Below, piece by piece: positions 7,501 to 18,800 of a DNA stretch of 64,000 bases. The translations under genes and the position numbers were made by a program. The DNA lies in the IMG/VR virus record IMGVR_UViG_3300046328_000506, positions 1 through 64,000 of that record; one strand, written 5' to 3'. Under the pieces are notes generated by a model. That model was not told the origin of the DNA and did no database searches. It saw nothing but the letters and a program-made list of their open reading frames with translations. How positions within the stretch are numbered: the stretch's first letter is position 1; every line of letters starts with the position of its first letter. The stretch is from a virus.

Positions 7501-9761
7501 AACTTCTGATTTGAGCCAACATGAACTACAGTATTCTTATTGTCTAATTCTGCTGAATAAAACTCTGGGTTAGTGTTTTTCAAGTCAGAGTAACTTACAA
7601 CTTTATCACCTTCCCTAAAATATTCAAATAACTTATCTACAACAGTATAATAATATTTATCTTCTTTATTTGTAGAGGACAGTATATCAAGTCTTTCTTC
7701 TTTTGATAACTTATAGAAGTTTACAATATTATTCATATCTGTACTCCTATCAGCATCTAATTTATCTCTTAAAGCTACTTCTACGAGTTTTTTCCTATCA
7801 TTTATATCAGTTAAACCCATAAATGATTTTTTAGCTGTGCCAGACTTCTCATCTTCTTTACTTAGATAAAAGAAATCCTTTCCATCATATTTACTTGTAA
7901 TATTACCTACAGTATGTCTTACACTATCTTCATTTACATTTAACCCTTTTCCAGATATAAACTTTAACAAATCATTTACATTACTAATAACCAATGACTT
8001 TTGATACTTAACATCATTGATTAATGAGGCTAACGCCTCAGAAGGCAAAGTAACTGGTGTACTACTATCTAATATTTCGTTGGTAACTTGCTGTATATAC
8101 TTATCTGTATTTTGTAGATTAAGTATAGAAGATAAACCTAATACTTCAGCAATATCTTTTAAGAAGTTATTTATTGTACGTATAATCTTATCTTTTACAG
8201 AAATCTCATAGTCTGTATCTTTTGAGTTTAAAAGTCTATCGGCAAATTGTTCTCCTAATAAATAGACAAATGTTTCCTCTTTAATATCCTCTACAGATTT
8301 TAAATCACTATAAGCAGTTCTAATCTCTTTGTAGTAAGGCAAACCTTCAACTGAATTAATTATATCTAAATACTTATCATAGTTTGTATCTTTTATAATA
8401 GCTAAATAAACATGAGCAAATTCGTGTATTGGGGTTGCTAATGTAAACTTGTTGTTATTTATAAAGACTTCACCTTTATCTACCCACCCAAGTTCTGAAT
8501 TATTACTCTCAACTACATTTACTTTAATATTAGGAAACTTAGATTGTAACTGAGCTAAATGTTCTTCAAATAATTGAGTATATCTATCTAATTTAGTTTC
8601 AGGTAGTTTAGATAAAGATTCATGTTTAGATAATTTTGAGTATTTAATATTTGCTTTGTAAAGTTCTTTTTGCTCACTTTCTAAATTAACTCCTAATTTT
8701 GTATTTTTTAAAATATTTTTTGTTTTATCATCAAACATTAAATGCTCAATAGAAACTTTACCTGTAGTATAAAAATATTCAAATCTATCAATAAGATTTT
8801 TAGATTTTAAACTTGGTTTTTTTACAAAGGCTTTTTTTATAAAATCTAAAAATTTAGCAATAAGTTTTTTTACAGCAGGTTTAAGCTCGTATTCAGTAGT
8901 AGTACCAAGCATTACATCTTGTACTAACATCCTTAAATATTCATTTACTAAACTAAATTTACCACTATCTGTTGAATCATCAATATCTCTGTATATTTTT
9001 TTTATATCATTTTTTTGTTTAGTAGAAAGTTCATTGTAAACATTAAATAAATCTTTATCAATTGATATTTTTTGAAATACATTGTGTATTAATTCTTCTG
9101 TAAATATCAAATCAACACCTTTTATAAAAGCCTCATAGTTGTTAAAACTATTTACAAGTTTACCTAATTTACCAATGTTAATATAAATACCCTTACCATC
9201 ACTATACAACATTTGTGAATTTTCTTCATCTACAATTCTAATTGATTTATTTCCTTGTACAGTTGATTGTAGTCTTCCAGTGAATTTATCGGTTTCATTT
9301 GTGAATCTTGCAGCGATTCTAAGTCCCATCTGCAATAACAATGACCTCTTGACCCCTTCACCAGTTTGTAAAGCTGTAAATAATTCTTCTGTGCTGTTTC
9401 CATAAATTCCTCTGTTACTGGTATCAGGTATATTGTAGTATTCTGAAATTCCTGCAAAGTCGTTAAATTCACTAATGGGAACAAATGTACTCCTGGTATT
9501 TGGTTTGAATAATAAAACATTTCTATTTCCCAAAATCTTTCCAATCGCATCCTGATTACTTCTTCTGTAATCGTTTCTTGTTTCTTCCGAGATTTCATAA
9601 TTAACGTGATATATTTTATCGTTTGTACTTGATGCAGCATTTTCTTTTTCTGCAATATATTTATTTATTAACCCAATATTATCCCTAAGAAAATTATTAT
9701 ATTCTTCGTGAGTATTAAAGTTGTATTCTTTATCTAAATTTAGTGTGTATAAACAAGGCAT
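4596..9761 (-). CDS. large virion ejection/cargo protein with zincin-like metallopeptidase domain (1721 aa)
   Basis: GWVDKGEVFIN...TPIHEFAH (8412-8426) with downstream EE; position directly after the virion RNAP as in crAss-like phages; hydrophobic C-terminal helices. Confidence 0.75.
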   Translation of the reverse strand: MPCLYTLNLDKEYNFNTHEEYNNFLRDNIGLINKYIAEKENAASSTNDKIYHVNYEISEETRNDYRRSNQDAIGKILGNRNVLLFKPNTRSTFVPISEFNDFAGISEYYNIPDTSNRGIYGNSTEELFTALQTGEGVKRSLLLQMGLRIAARFTNETDKFTGRLQSTVQGNKSIRIVDEENSQMLYSDGKGIYINIGKLGKLVNSFNNYEAFIKGVDLIFTEELIHNVFQKISIDKDLFNVYNELSTKQKNDIKKIYRDIDDSTDSGKFSLVNEYLRMLVQDVMLGTTTEYELKPAVKKLIAKFLDFIKKAFVKKPSLKSKNLIDRFEYFYTTGKVSIEHLMFDDKTKNILKNTKLGVNLESEQKELYKANIKYSKLSKHESLSKLPETKLDRYTQLFEEHLAQLQSKFPNIKVNVVESNNSELGWVDKGEVFINNNKFTLATPIHEFAHVYLAIIKDTNYDKYLDIINSVEGLPYYKEIRTAYSDLKSVEDIKEETFVYLLGEQFADRLLNSKDTDYEISVKDKIIRTINNFLKDIAEVLGLSSILNLQNTDKYIQQVTNEILDSSTPVTLPSEALASLINDVKYQKSLVISNVNDLLKFISGKGLNVNEDSVRHTVGNITSKYDGKDFFYLSKEDEKSGTAKKSFMGLTDINDRKKLVEVALRDKLDADRSTDMNNIVNFYKLSKEERLDILSSTNKEDKYYYTVVDKLFEYFREGDKVVSYSDLKNTNPEFYSAELDNKNTVVHVGSNQKFTVINITNLGVRNGEKEETIFGGLAGKSTLAGASNVNTSNSNQDLNSLQATLISMFITKNGGKVQKVGVGKFDKKVFANTPVTTDTAKELKTLKYLRKINAVNEQLSQTKDLKSILLDTLEDDKLFSSISYQSSYLQLLKDTYEDFNTENYTYPAGLREELDNYITSPKDISHIEKLRNTIKRRLEYLSRELSDADQKQSKEFILLSESLRSIDSGYEHTLNAHKNLGSIEKWYTSFLSVSNKYVAWWLKGFESRRFNLTEKWLKDYKGYNGKVNEKGGMLDVFEALIKDYEVRNPTAVLTSRVLNDTTKYFDNLYVYKEVNYTDKNGNTTKVKVNTFKLKPETDKDLTKAEKDTIAYIKKHVKDTVIANYKLNNPKPQDKTGIEWEEAIEEWYNKSSFGLGAIPIVKSTVSSKLFNTGETSLTGVASKKLLDNFLNLNTYYENKPEDFTKIPDYFSYQTSNELFNEKVGLDFNGDYVIDGWEALQADVETDIVKALDIFTLQNYKQEFMKELIPMWKAATAMINKMDIDLGIKQLGEDAIKSNTEDVLDKIVKSLLFGQKITAKTAGEQKLAKFIDVVTTATTFGTVALAPFTSLKSFLSNVAALITNAMKNNPEYKYSLEDLYWAFKSMTKEFDKAVMLATELRVFNADEFDMVTSLQYSAHKFSLLRSVNAFILDLGADRFIKLMILLAQSKKDKTWGAYKWDKDKLVYDEAADRRNRGDKVVDEIKLNQQKEKSLHPNAKMKSAYDSGSRLVYEKLNATVLGGYTDLTATTASTTFLGKAFSQMRKYMFVRTEKAFRDEEYNDNEVYYKQDKNGEVVRITPYENGQYKSFVRMASIFYNKYFGLTSEQISDMTPSDRENLKSMLVFTLSAVGFMVMQAAFEDDDEKSKKTRSVYDSLISDMFIIDNAKTTIDAFKNPFISISFISKLMDITKDIVVGDLKDANNKLFKTVGVLKTYDFFTTLGK

Positions 9762-9822
9762 GTGTTATATTTTTTATGTTATATTAACTTGTTAATGTTT
9801 TTATTAACGATTAAATTTTATT

Positions 9823-12800
9823 TTAGGCTTCACATTTAGTTGTTACAATTCCTAATTCCATTAACTTATCATTCAAGTCTGTATTATCAATCTCATTTGC
9901 TATATCTAATTTAACTCCACCAGTAAACATTAATTCTTTTTTACCAGTCAAGTTATTAGTTGTAGCATACTGATTAATTTCAGCAATTTTATTTTGAACC
10001 CCTTCTAAATCAGCAGTTTCTTCAAACTCTATTGTATTATAGATTGGGTATAAAGACATTGCTATTTTATCTGCATTTGTAGCATAACTATTGATTGATT
10101 TTAAACCTGCTGTAAATACTCTATTGTATGTAGATTTGTCATCACTTAGTTTATAGAGTACACTTACATATCTATTCTTTTCTTCATACTTTTTAACGTA
10201 AGTGTAATTTATAAATTTAGGTAAATCATTCCTAATCTTATCTTTACTATTTGTATAAACACCTTCTAAGAACTTATCAACAGTTAAACTATTCATTATC
10301 TCAGCTTCACTATTAATATATAATTGAGCTCTTATTTTACTGCTTTCTCCAAATTGTACATTATGTCTTGCTGAATAAGTTTTATCTGGATTGAATAGAT
10401 AATACTGTTCTTCAAACAAAGCTAAGTCTGTATCTAATGTACTATCTTTTCCTTTATATTCTTCCAATTGATTTTTTAAGAAATCTGAATAGTTTGTATT
10501 AACATCTACAGACATCACTTCTGCAAAACTACCTTTACCTAAATTGTGAGTTTTACTAATAAGTGTTTGTAAGAATAATGCTTGTTTAAATGCTTGTCCT
10601 AATGCTCCATAGCTACTCAAATTATTATACCTTACATTTATTAGGTTTTTAGTTTCGGGTGTTAAAGCTGTAGCATTAGATAGCTCTAACGTAATCATAT
10701 TATCAAGACTATCTGTTTGTATATTCTCTACTACAAATTTATCATTTTTTAATTTATTATCACCGTTCCGTATTTCTTCTAAGAATTTTGGTAGATATTT
10801 AATAAACTTATACCTATGATTAGTTTTACTTAAATCTAATTTTCTAAGTTCATTTAACCACCTAAAACCTTGTACTTCTGACAGGCTATTTTTATAGCCG
10901 CCTAAGTATTTAGCAATTAAGAATTTATCAAACTCTTTTTCTAATGATTTATAAGCTCCTTCTGATTTAAATTTATTGTACACTGTATCTGCTTTATTCC
11001 TAATCTTATCAAATGTTTCTGATACTTGTGGTAGTTTATGGATAAACATTCCTTTCTTAATCTTATAGTCATAGATAATACCTTTGATAGCTTGTTTTAC
11101 AAAGTTATTGTAAGCTACAAGTTTTCGTGGAGAGAATAGTTTAGCACTATCTTCTTCTATAACTTCTGTAATTGAATCACTATCAGTATTGTTTAGTAAT
11201 TCAGTTTCTAATTGTACTACAGCTTCATCAATATTACCTGTATAACCCAATGTGCTTAATGTGCTTTCAAGTAATCTAATATTATTATACTCATTACCAG
11301 AAGTTCCTTGTAAAGTCCTAAGAATACCATTAGACTTCATTACTTCACTACCTAACTGTTGTAATTGATATAATGAAGCAAATACATATTTTTTAGTATT
11401 TTTCTTTTCTTCATCTGTTAAATCTTCTAACTTAGCAGTTAAACTTACAGGATTGGCATTTGTAGATTTTAAGTAAGATGATATGGTTTCAAACTCACTT
11501 TCACTTTCAAGTTTTTCTTCTTTTGTTCTTCTCCTAATTTCTTTTGCTACAGCTTTCTCAATCTCTTCATCCGTACCTTGTAAAGTATCTCTGAAATTAC
11601 CCATCTTTTCTAATACTCTTTCTCTTATTGCTTTCTCTATTTCAGATTTAGTATAAAGATTAAATCCCCAATTTAATGTTTCAACTGTAGCATTTCCAGC
11701 ATTGTCTGTAGATTCTAATTGAACACTACCATCAGTATCTCTTTTTATTTCTTCCCCATTTTCATCTACTAACTTTTGTATCTTATCTTTTTTAAATAGA
11801 TACAATTTTAGTAGGCTATCTAACGATAGCTTCTTATCAGACTTAGAGAAAATAGAGTTTTTAGCATTTAAAGATTTAATTAATCCTAATGTATAAGGGT
11901 GAACCATTAAATTAGTCATATCTTCTTCATCTATTTGAGCAACGATAGCCCCACCAAATAAATTCCAAGTTTTTTCATTTACGTTTAACCAGCCTAACAA
12001 TGCTTCTTTTGCATTATCTAATGAAGCATTAGAATAGTTTTCTAAGATTTTATTTACTAAGATTAGTTCTTCTCTAAAATATTCTCCATTTTGTAATCTA
12101 TAACCAGCAATAGGTTGGTTAGTATCAACTTTAATTTTATAAGCTGATTTTTCTATTGGTGTTAAAGTTGTATCAGCATCAAATTCTTCTTTTAATTTCT
12201 CTTTTGATATTGGGAATGATGATACAGTAGAAGTATACCCATCTACAACTTCTCCGTTTTCAGTTCTTGCGCCACCAAGAATCGAGTCGTAGACTTTACC
12301 GTTAAAATATATTGGTTGATTAAACTTATCAGCATTTACTACACCACTATCTTTTAATGTTTTAGCTATACGATACATATTGTAATACACCTCTGATAGC
12401 TTTACAAATATACCAACACCAGCTTTACCATCATTGTTATTTTTCTGCACAATCATTTTAGATACAGGTGAGTTAAATCCCATCTTATAACTATCTGATT
12501 GTCTTTGCTCTAATGCTTGTTTTCTTTCTTTTAATTTTTCAAAGTTAATTGGAGAGAATAAAGTTCTAATATTAAAAGGGTCTAATAAAGCTCTTTTCTT
12601 AGCATTAAACATTGTTCTTCTAATAGCTCTCTCAGGGGTATCTTTTCTATTAGTGTCATAAAACTCTAATGTAACCATGTCTCCGTCATTATCTGAACCT
12701 GCAATTAATGTTAATTCAGAAGGTACTAAAACAGTATTATCTTGACTATCATAGAACTCCACAATTTTAGTCATTTGAACTGAGTTATAACCTGTTACAG

Positions 12801-15800
12801 GAATACGTGTTAATTTAGGTTGAGTAGCTAATTTCCATAATTCAAATTCTTCAACTGCTTTATCCATAATAATATCTGAACTAATAGGTTTTCCTTTAAA
12901 TATTTTCTGGTATTTTGCAGTAAACCAATCAATATTGTTTACTTCTCCGAACGTAGTTTTCTCTGGTATCTCAAATTGTGATAATGCTTTTCTTGAAACC
13001 ATGATTTCCATCGGTTCAACTTTATACAAGTCCTTGGTATCATCTACAATTTGTTTAGACACAGCACTTAGTTCGTAATTCTTTAAGTGTTTGATAAATT
13101 CTTTTACTTGCTTATCATCAAGTAATTTACCTGTTGCTATTTCTGTAATCCTTGTAAATGCTAATTCATCTACTTCTATATTTACACCTTCTTTAAATTC
13201 TAATTGGTATCTATCATTTAGTTTAGCAAATTTCCGTCTAACCAATTCCTTCTTAGACATTCTTTCAGTCTTACCATTTACTTCAACATTATACATATTT
13301 ACAAGACCTGTACTATTAGATACAGTTCCCCTAAATCCTTTAAATCTTTGTTTTACTGTAAATGATTTAATAGCACTTGCAATAGCTCCATACATACTAT
13401 TTCTAAGTAGTGGGTGTGAAGAATCAATATTATTTGTAGCAAATAATAAAGTGTTAGAAATATTACCCATATTCCTAAGTATATCTGCTAATTTATCTTT
13501 AAACCATTTCTCTTTTGTAGATTTAATTGCGGCAGCTTTCTCAGTTTCATTCTCAGGTAATATAAATGAACCAGATTTCTTATCTAATGTAATCAATCCT
13601 TGTTCTGCCAAATTACCAATAGTATCGTATATCTCTTTTGTAGTTTGATAGTTTTTACCTAACAATGAGAATATGTAATTTTCTTGGGTAATCATTGCTA
13701 TATCAGATTCAACAGGACTTTGGTATAAACTAATTACAAATCCTCCCATTCTATTATCTATCTTATCTCTATTCCAATCTTCATCAAATTGATTGTTTAC
13801 TTTGTTAGGAGATATTTTAGATGATTTAGGTGTAATGAGTAATCCTGTATGTAAATCTTCATAAGTCTTAGCCGGTTCTGTTATAGTAACACCATCAAAT
13901 TCAATCACTTGCTCTGGGATAGCCTCGTTATTTTTATTTTGTAAACCAGTATCAGGATTGATAGCATTAAACCAATCTGTCAATTTGTCCCAATCTCTAT
14001 CTAATTCATTCCATTTTTGAAACAAGGGACTATTTGTTCCTCCTAATGTCTTCTCTACATAGTTATAAACATATTCATTGCCCAATTCTAATAACTCATT
14101 TGTTAATTTAGAATAAGAGTTCTTTATAAGTTTAGGACTGAACAAACCTCCTGCAATATTTTTTCTTTGTGATTTATCTTGGAATTTATTACCATAAGAG
14201 TTTTGCTCTAAGTTATCATGTAAAGGTGTCATAAAACCTAAACCATCTATCAACTCTATATCAATATCTAATTTAGCATCAACATCTTCATTAACCAAAG
14301 CATTTACTATTACAGCAGTTTGTAATGGTGCAGTAGATTTCTTTAATGTTGTAGGAGTTACTACTTTTTGTTTTGTCTCAGCATCTTTTGTTTCTGTAAA
14401 TCCTTTGTATCTTTCAGCATTATCATATATATCTTTCTTTAAAAATGGTTCTTCAATAGTTGCTATATTACTAAACCTACTTAAACCATTTGGATTATTT
14501 AAGTCTGGTGTTTTATAGTTTGTAGATAAGAAGATAGCACGTTTGATTTCGTCAACTAAATCTTTGTAGTTAAACCTATGCCCATGATATGCCTCATCTA
14601 TAAAGTAACCATTTACTACAGAACTTGTTAAAAAGTCTAATAGTATTGGGTTAATTACTTCTGTTGCAACTTGTGTTTCTACACCATTAACTATAAGTGG
14701 TTTTAATATATTTCTTTTTAAGTTATACCCAACAACTTCAGTAGGGTTCTTTTTACTAAACGCTGCTAAATCTGTAAACTCTGCATTTGTATAGAGTTTC
14801 TTTTCAACTAACTTTTCAATCAAGTCTGCTCCAATAAAATTATACCCAGATTTTACAATCTCTCTTGCATCTTTAAGAATTGTATCTTTTAATTCGTTTA
14901 TTTTATTTGCAGTAATCTCAGCCTTATTCTTACCGTTAAATATACTCTTTATGTTTTTGTGTAAAGAATAATCTTTGGCAATATCAAATCCTATTTTAAT
15001 ATCACTTTTTTGTAGTAAACTCTTATTGTCTTTTGCAAGTTTAGATAGAAGTGTTTCAAATGTACTTAGTTGTTTTTCAGTTAAGACTGACATATTTTTC
15101 AATCTTAACTTTTGTACTTCTTTATATAACTTACTATCTATTTGATTTTTAACTAACAACTTAGCAAAGTTCTCAACTCTTGGTAAAAACTGATTGTAGA
15201 AATAGTTTAAATCTGAATCTACCATTTTCCCTACTTTTTCAGTTAGTAAATCATCATTTGTAAATTTAACTAATAGTTTATCTCCTTTTATTTTCTTTAC
15301 AAATTGTGTAGCTTTATCTGATTTTGGTACAGTTTGAGCATAGTATGAAGTTCCTTTTGAAGCAATTAAAGGTTTTACAAATAACTCTTCCATGTAAATC
15401 TTAGCTTGCTCAAATACAGAAGCATCTACTATTTGCATTTTCTCCCCTGTTTCAGGATTTGTAATAACGTTTAATTCTTTAATAGAATCTTCATCAAAAT
15501 CTATCTCTCCTGTTAATAAAGGATTTTTATAAAAACTATTTGATATAACTTTCGCATTAGTTTCTTCTGCTGTTAAGTCTAAGACTTCCCCAGAGAAGAA
15601 CTTATTTTTAATCTTAAATAATAATGATTGTGCTTTATGTTGTGTATTATTATCTAAGTTTAAGTGCTTAGTATCACCATCAGCAGTCTTAGTAAACTCT
15701 TTCTCCATTTTAGGAATAACTTGCTCGTAGAGCGATGCAAGTCGTTCTACATCTTGGTATTCCATTACAGGAGAACGTCTATTGCTTTTCTCGTTTACTG

Positions 15801-18800
15801 TATCATCACCAAAGCTAAGGTTTTCTTTTAATTGCAATAGACTTGGGTTGTTGATTAAATTAATAACAGTATCATTTGTGTCATATAGTGAAGTAGCTTC
15901 TGTACTATATTCTCCGATTAAATCAGCAATAAATTGTGTATAGCTAAAGCCTAATACTTTCCCAATTGTTGCATTGTAATTATTATCTTTTTTAAGTAGA
16001 GCTTCTTTGACTAAATCTAATGGTAATGATACTCCTAACTTATCTAACATATCAGACAGATAATTTGGCAACTTATCATTAGTTAGCATTTCAGGTATTA
16101 ACGTACCTTTGATTGTATAAGAAGTTTTATTCTCTTGTACCTCAGCATTATTCTGTGTAGCTTTATCTATAATCTCTAACTTTACAACTGGAGTATTGTT
16201 ATAAGTTAGGTAATAAGCATCTTTTTTACCAGTGATATTACTTTCGGTAGGTCTATTTATTATCTTAATACCAGTCTTTTGAAACTCAGCTATTGTAGAT
16301 TTCTTAGGAGTTAAACCATTCTCGTTAGTATAAAGATGATTTATAAGTTTTCCTTTTGTTATAGCTTTTAAGTCGGCAAATAATGTTGTTGCTTTCCCTT
16401 CTTCTATAACTCCTTCTTTAATATCTAAGTTTAAGGCTAATCTTTTTACAGTAGAACCATAAAATGAATATAATTCAGATAAAACATTTGATAGTTTTTC
16501 TTTGTATGAGTCATTAATTACTTCATTAACACCTTGTTCACCCAAAGAATTTTCAGCAACTACACTATAAAAACTGTTATTTGTATTTCCAATAGTTTCT
16601 CCTAAGAAAGTTTTTGGTGCAAAGAACTTGACAAACAAACTAAATGCTGCACTACCACGCTTAAATGCTGTATTATTTACAACTTCTTCAAATGATTTTA
16701 GTATCTCATCATAAGTTGGGTCTATATTTTTACTTGAGTTTTTAGCTTTTTTAAATACTTCATTTAATACAGATTTGCCTTGCATCAAATCTACATATCC
16801 ATTAGTTTTCTTCCACGTTTCTTTTACAGTTTTCCCTTCTTGTACAGTTTCTTTAATATACAAAGGAGTATTTACTAAGTGTTGTATCAATATATCAGAT
16901 TCTGTAGCTTCTTTATTCCTATCTAATAAGTGAAACTCTTTACCTTTTACTTCAACATCACCTTCTTTTGTCAATTCATTATCACTATACAATCCTTCAT
17001 TTGTAACTGTTGGGTAGTTGTAAAGTACAATAGTGTCAAATGGTATAATATCTTCTAATACACCATCTTCCAATTCTACTTTTACAGGAGTAAATAACAA
17101 GTGTAATCTTGCATCAGCTTTCTCATAATCATCATTAATATTTAATTTAGATAAAGCTAACTGTGTATCTTCTTCTAATTCTTCTTCTGTAGGAGCTTCG
17201 CTGAATGTATCTATATGAAGTTGTTTAGCTTCAGCTTTAACTCTATCAACTACTTCTTTGTATTCCTCCAATCTCTCCCCTTTTAGTTTATCAATAGCCT
17301 CTGATAAATCTAATTGAAAATCATCATTAATACCATATTGGAAATCATACAACTTCCTCCTTTGCATCAAGTTAGCTATCTCTAAGTTAATCTCATTGCT
17401 TGTACCATCACCGCTAAATACTTTGTATAGAGATTGATATGCTTTGATTCTTTTCCCTTTATTATTCAATGCTGTATCAATAACTACATCATCACTATAT
17501 TCTTTAACATCAAAGTCTCTGTATATACCAGACTCCAATGTATTAAACAACTCATTGACGTAGTTAGAATCGTTTATAAGACGCTTTCTTATGTTAAGGT
17601 ATATTTCCCTCATCCCAACGTAAAGTCTTCTTATAGCTAACGGTAGACCCCTTAAAATTGAAGTATTAGTTTCTTGGTATGTTGGGTAAGTCTTACCGTA
17701 CCACTGTGCTAATTTTTCTTCAACTTCACGTTCAGTTTGAGTGAACATATTAAACTTAGTCCTTCCTTCATTTATTACATTTTTCCTAAACTGTGGAGAT
17801 ACAGCTTTAAGTACATAGTGAACAGCTTCGTGTGATACAGTTTCACTATCTACTAATCCGTTAAACTCATTTAAAGCAATTACATTTTTATAAACATAAC
17901 CTAATACTTTATCTGGGTCTGAATGGAAATCGTACTCAGCTTGCGTAATTATTCCAGCTTCTAAATCTTTTTGTAACTGTTCATTATTGAAGTTTATTTG
18001 CAACGTAGTTGCCCCAAAAAGATTACGCAACCTATTTGTAGCGTCTAATTTATTTGTAACAAAATTAGGATTACCTGTATTTAGATTTAAAGTTGGTTCT
18101 GTATATTTTTCAGGATTAAGAAGTTTATCAATTTGCTTTATCCTTGTATTTAAGTCTGCAAGTTCTTTATCATTTTGTACAGCTTTCTTTATTTCATCTT
18201 TACTTTTACCTACATTTTCAGTAGTTATTGCGTTAATCCTTGTTTTCTTAACTACACTAATTGTATTTAACTCTTCTTGTAGTTCTTGTGTAGATTGTGT
18301 AGGTTCTACTTCAACTTTTGTAGGAGTATTAACTACAGGTTTCGTCTGTGCTTTTACAGGCTCTTTCTTAAGAGCTGCTGGTTTCTTCTTATTTTCTTCT
18401 GGTATTAAACTATCTATATCTACTAAAAATGTAGGATATGGTTTACTAAGTGATTTAGTTCTATATACTCTATCTAATACTGTAGACATCTGAGTTTTCC
18501 CATCTTTATCTTTATCATTTTGGAATGGTACTAATACAAATGGTTTTTCATGCGTTTCTAATGTACCTAACTTTACAGAACCAAAAACCTTACCTCTTGT
18601 TTGTTGGTCTATTTTATAGTTTGTAGTGTTTGTGTCATCATTAGCCCACATTTTTTTAGCTTGCTCATCTCCTAATATTGTACTTAGGTAATGAATTAAA
18701 TCATATCTGTACTTAGGATTAAAGTCTCTTTTAAAACCTTTTTCTCCATCAGGATTAACTTCACCATAATAACCAATTTGCTTACCTTCATTATCTCTTT

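Noticed and set aside
9230-9655. 141-aa alternate-frame ORF inside the 1721-aa gene (also 25092-25331 inside the RNAP gene)
   Set aside because: Fully nested same-strand shadow frames with no supporting features
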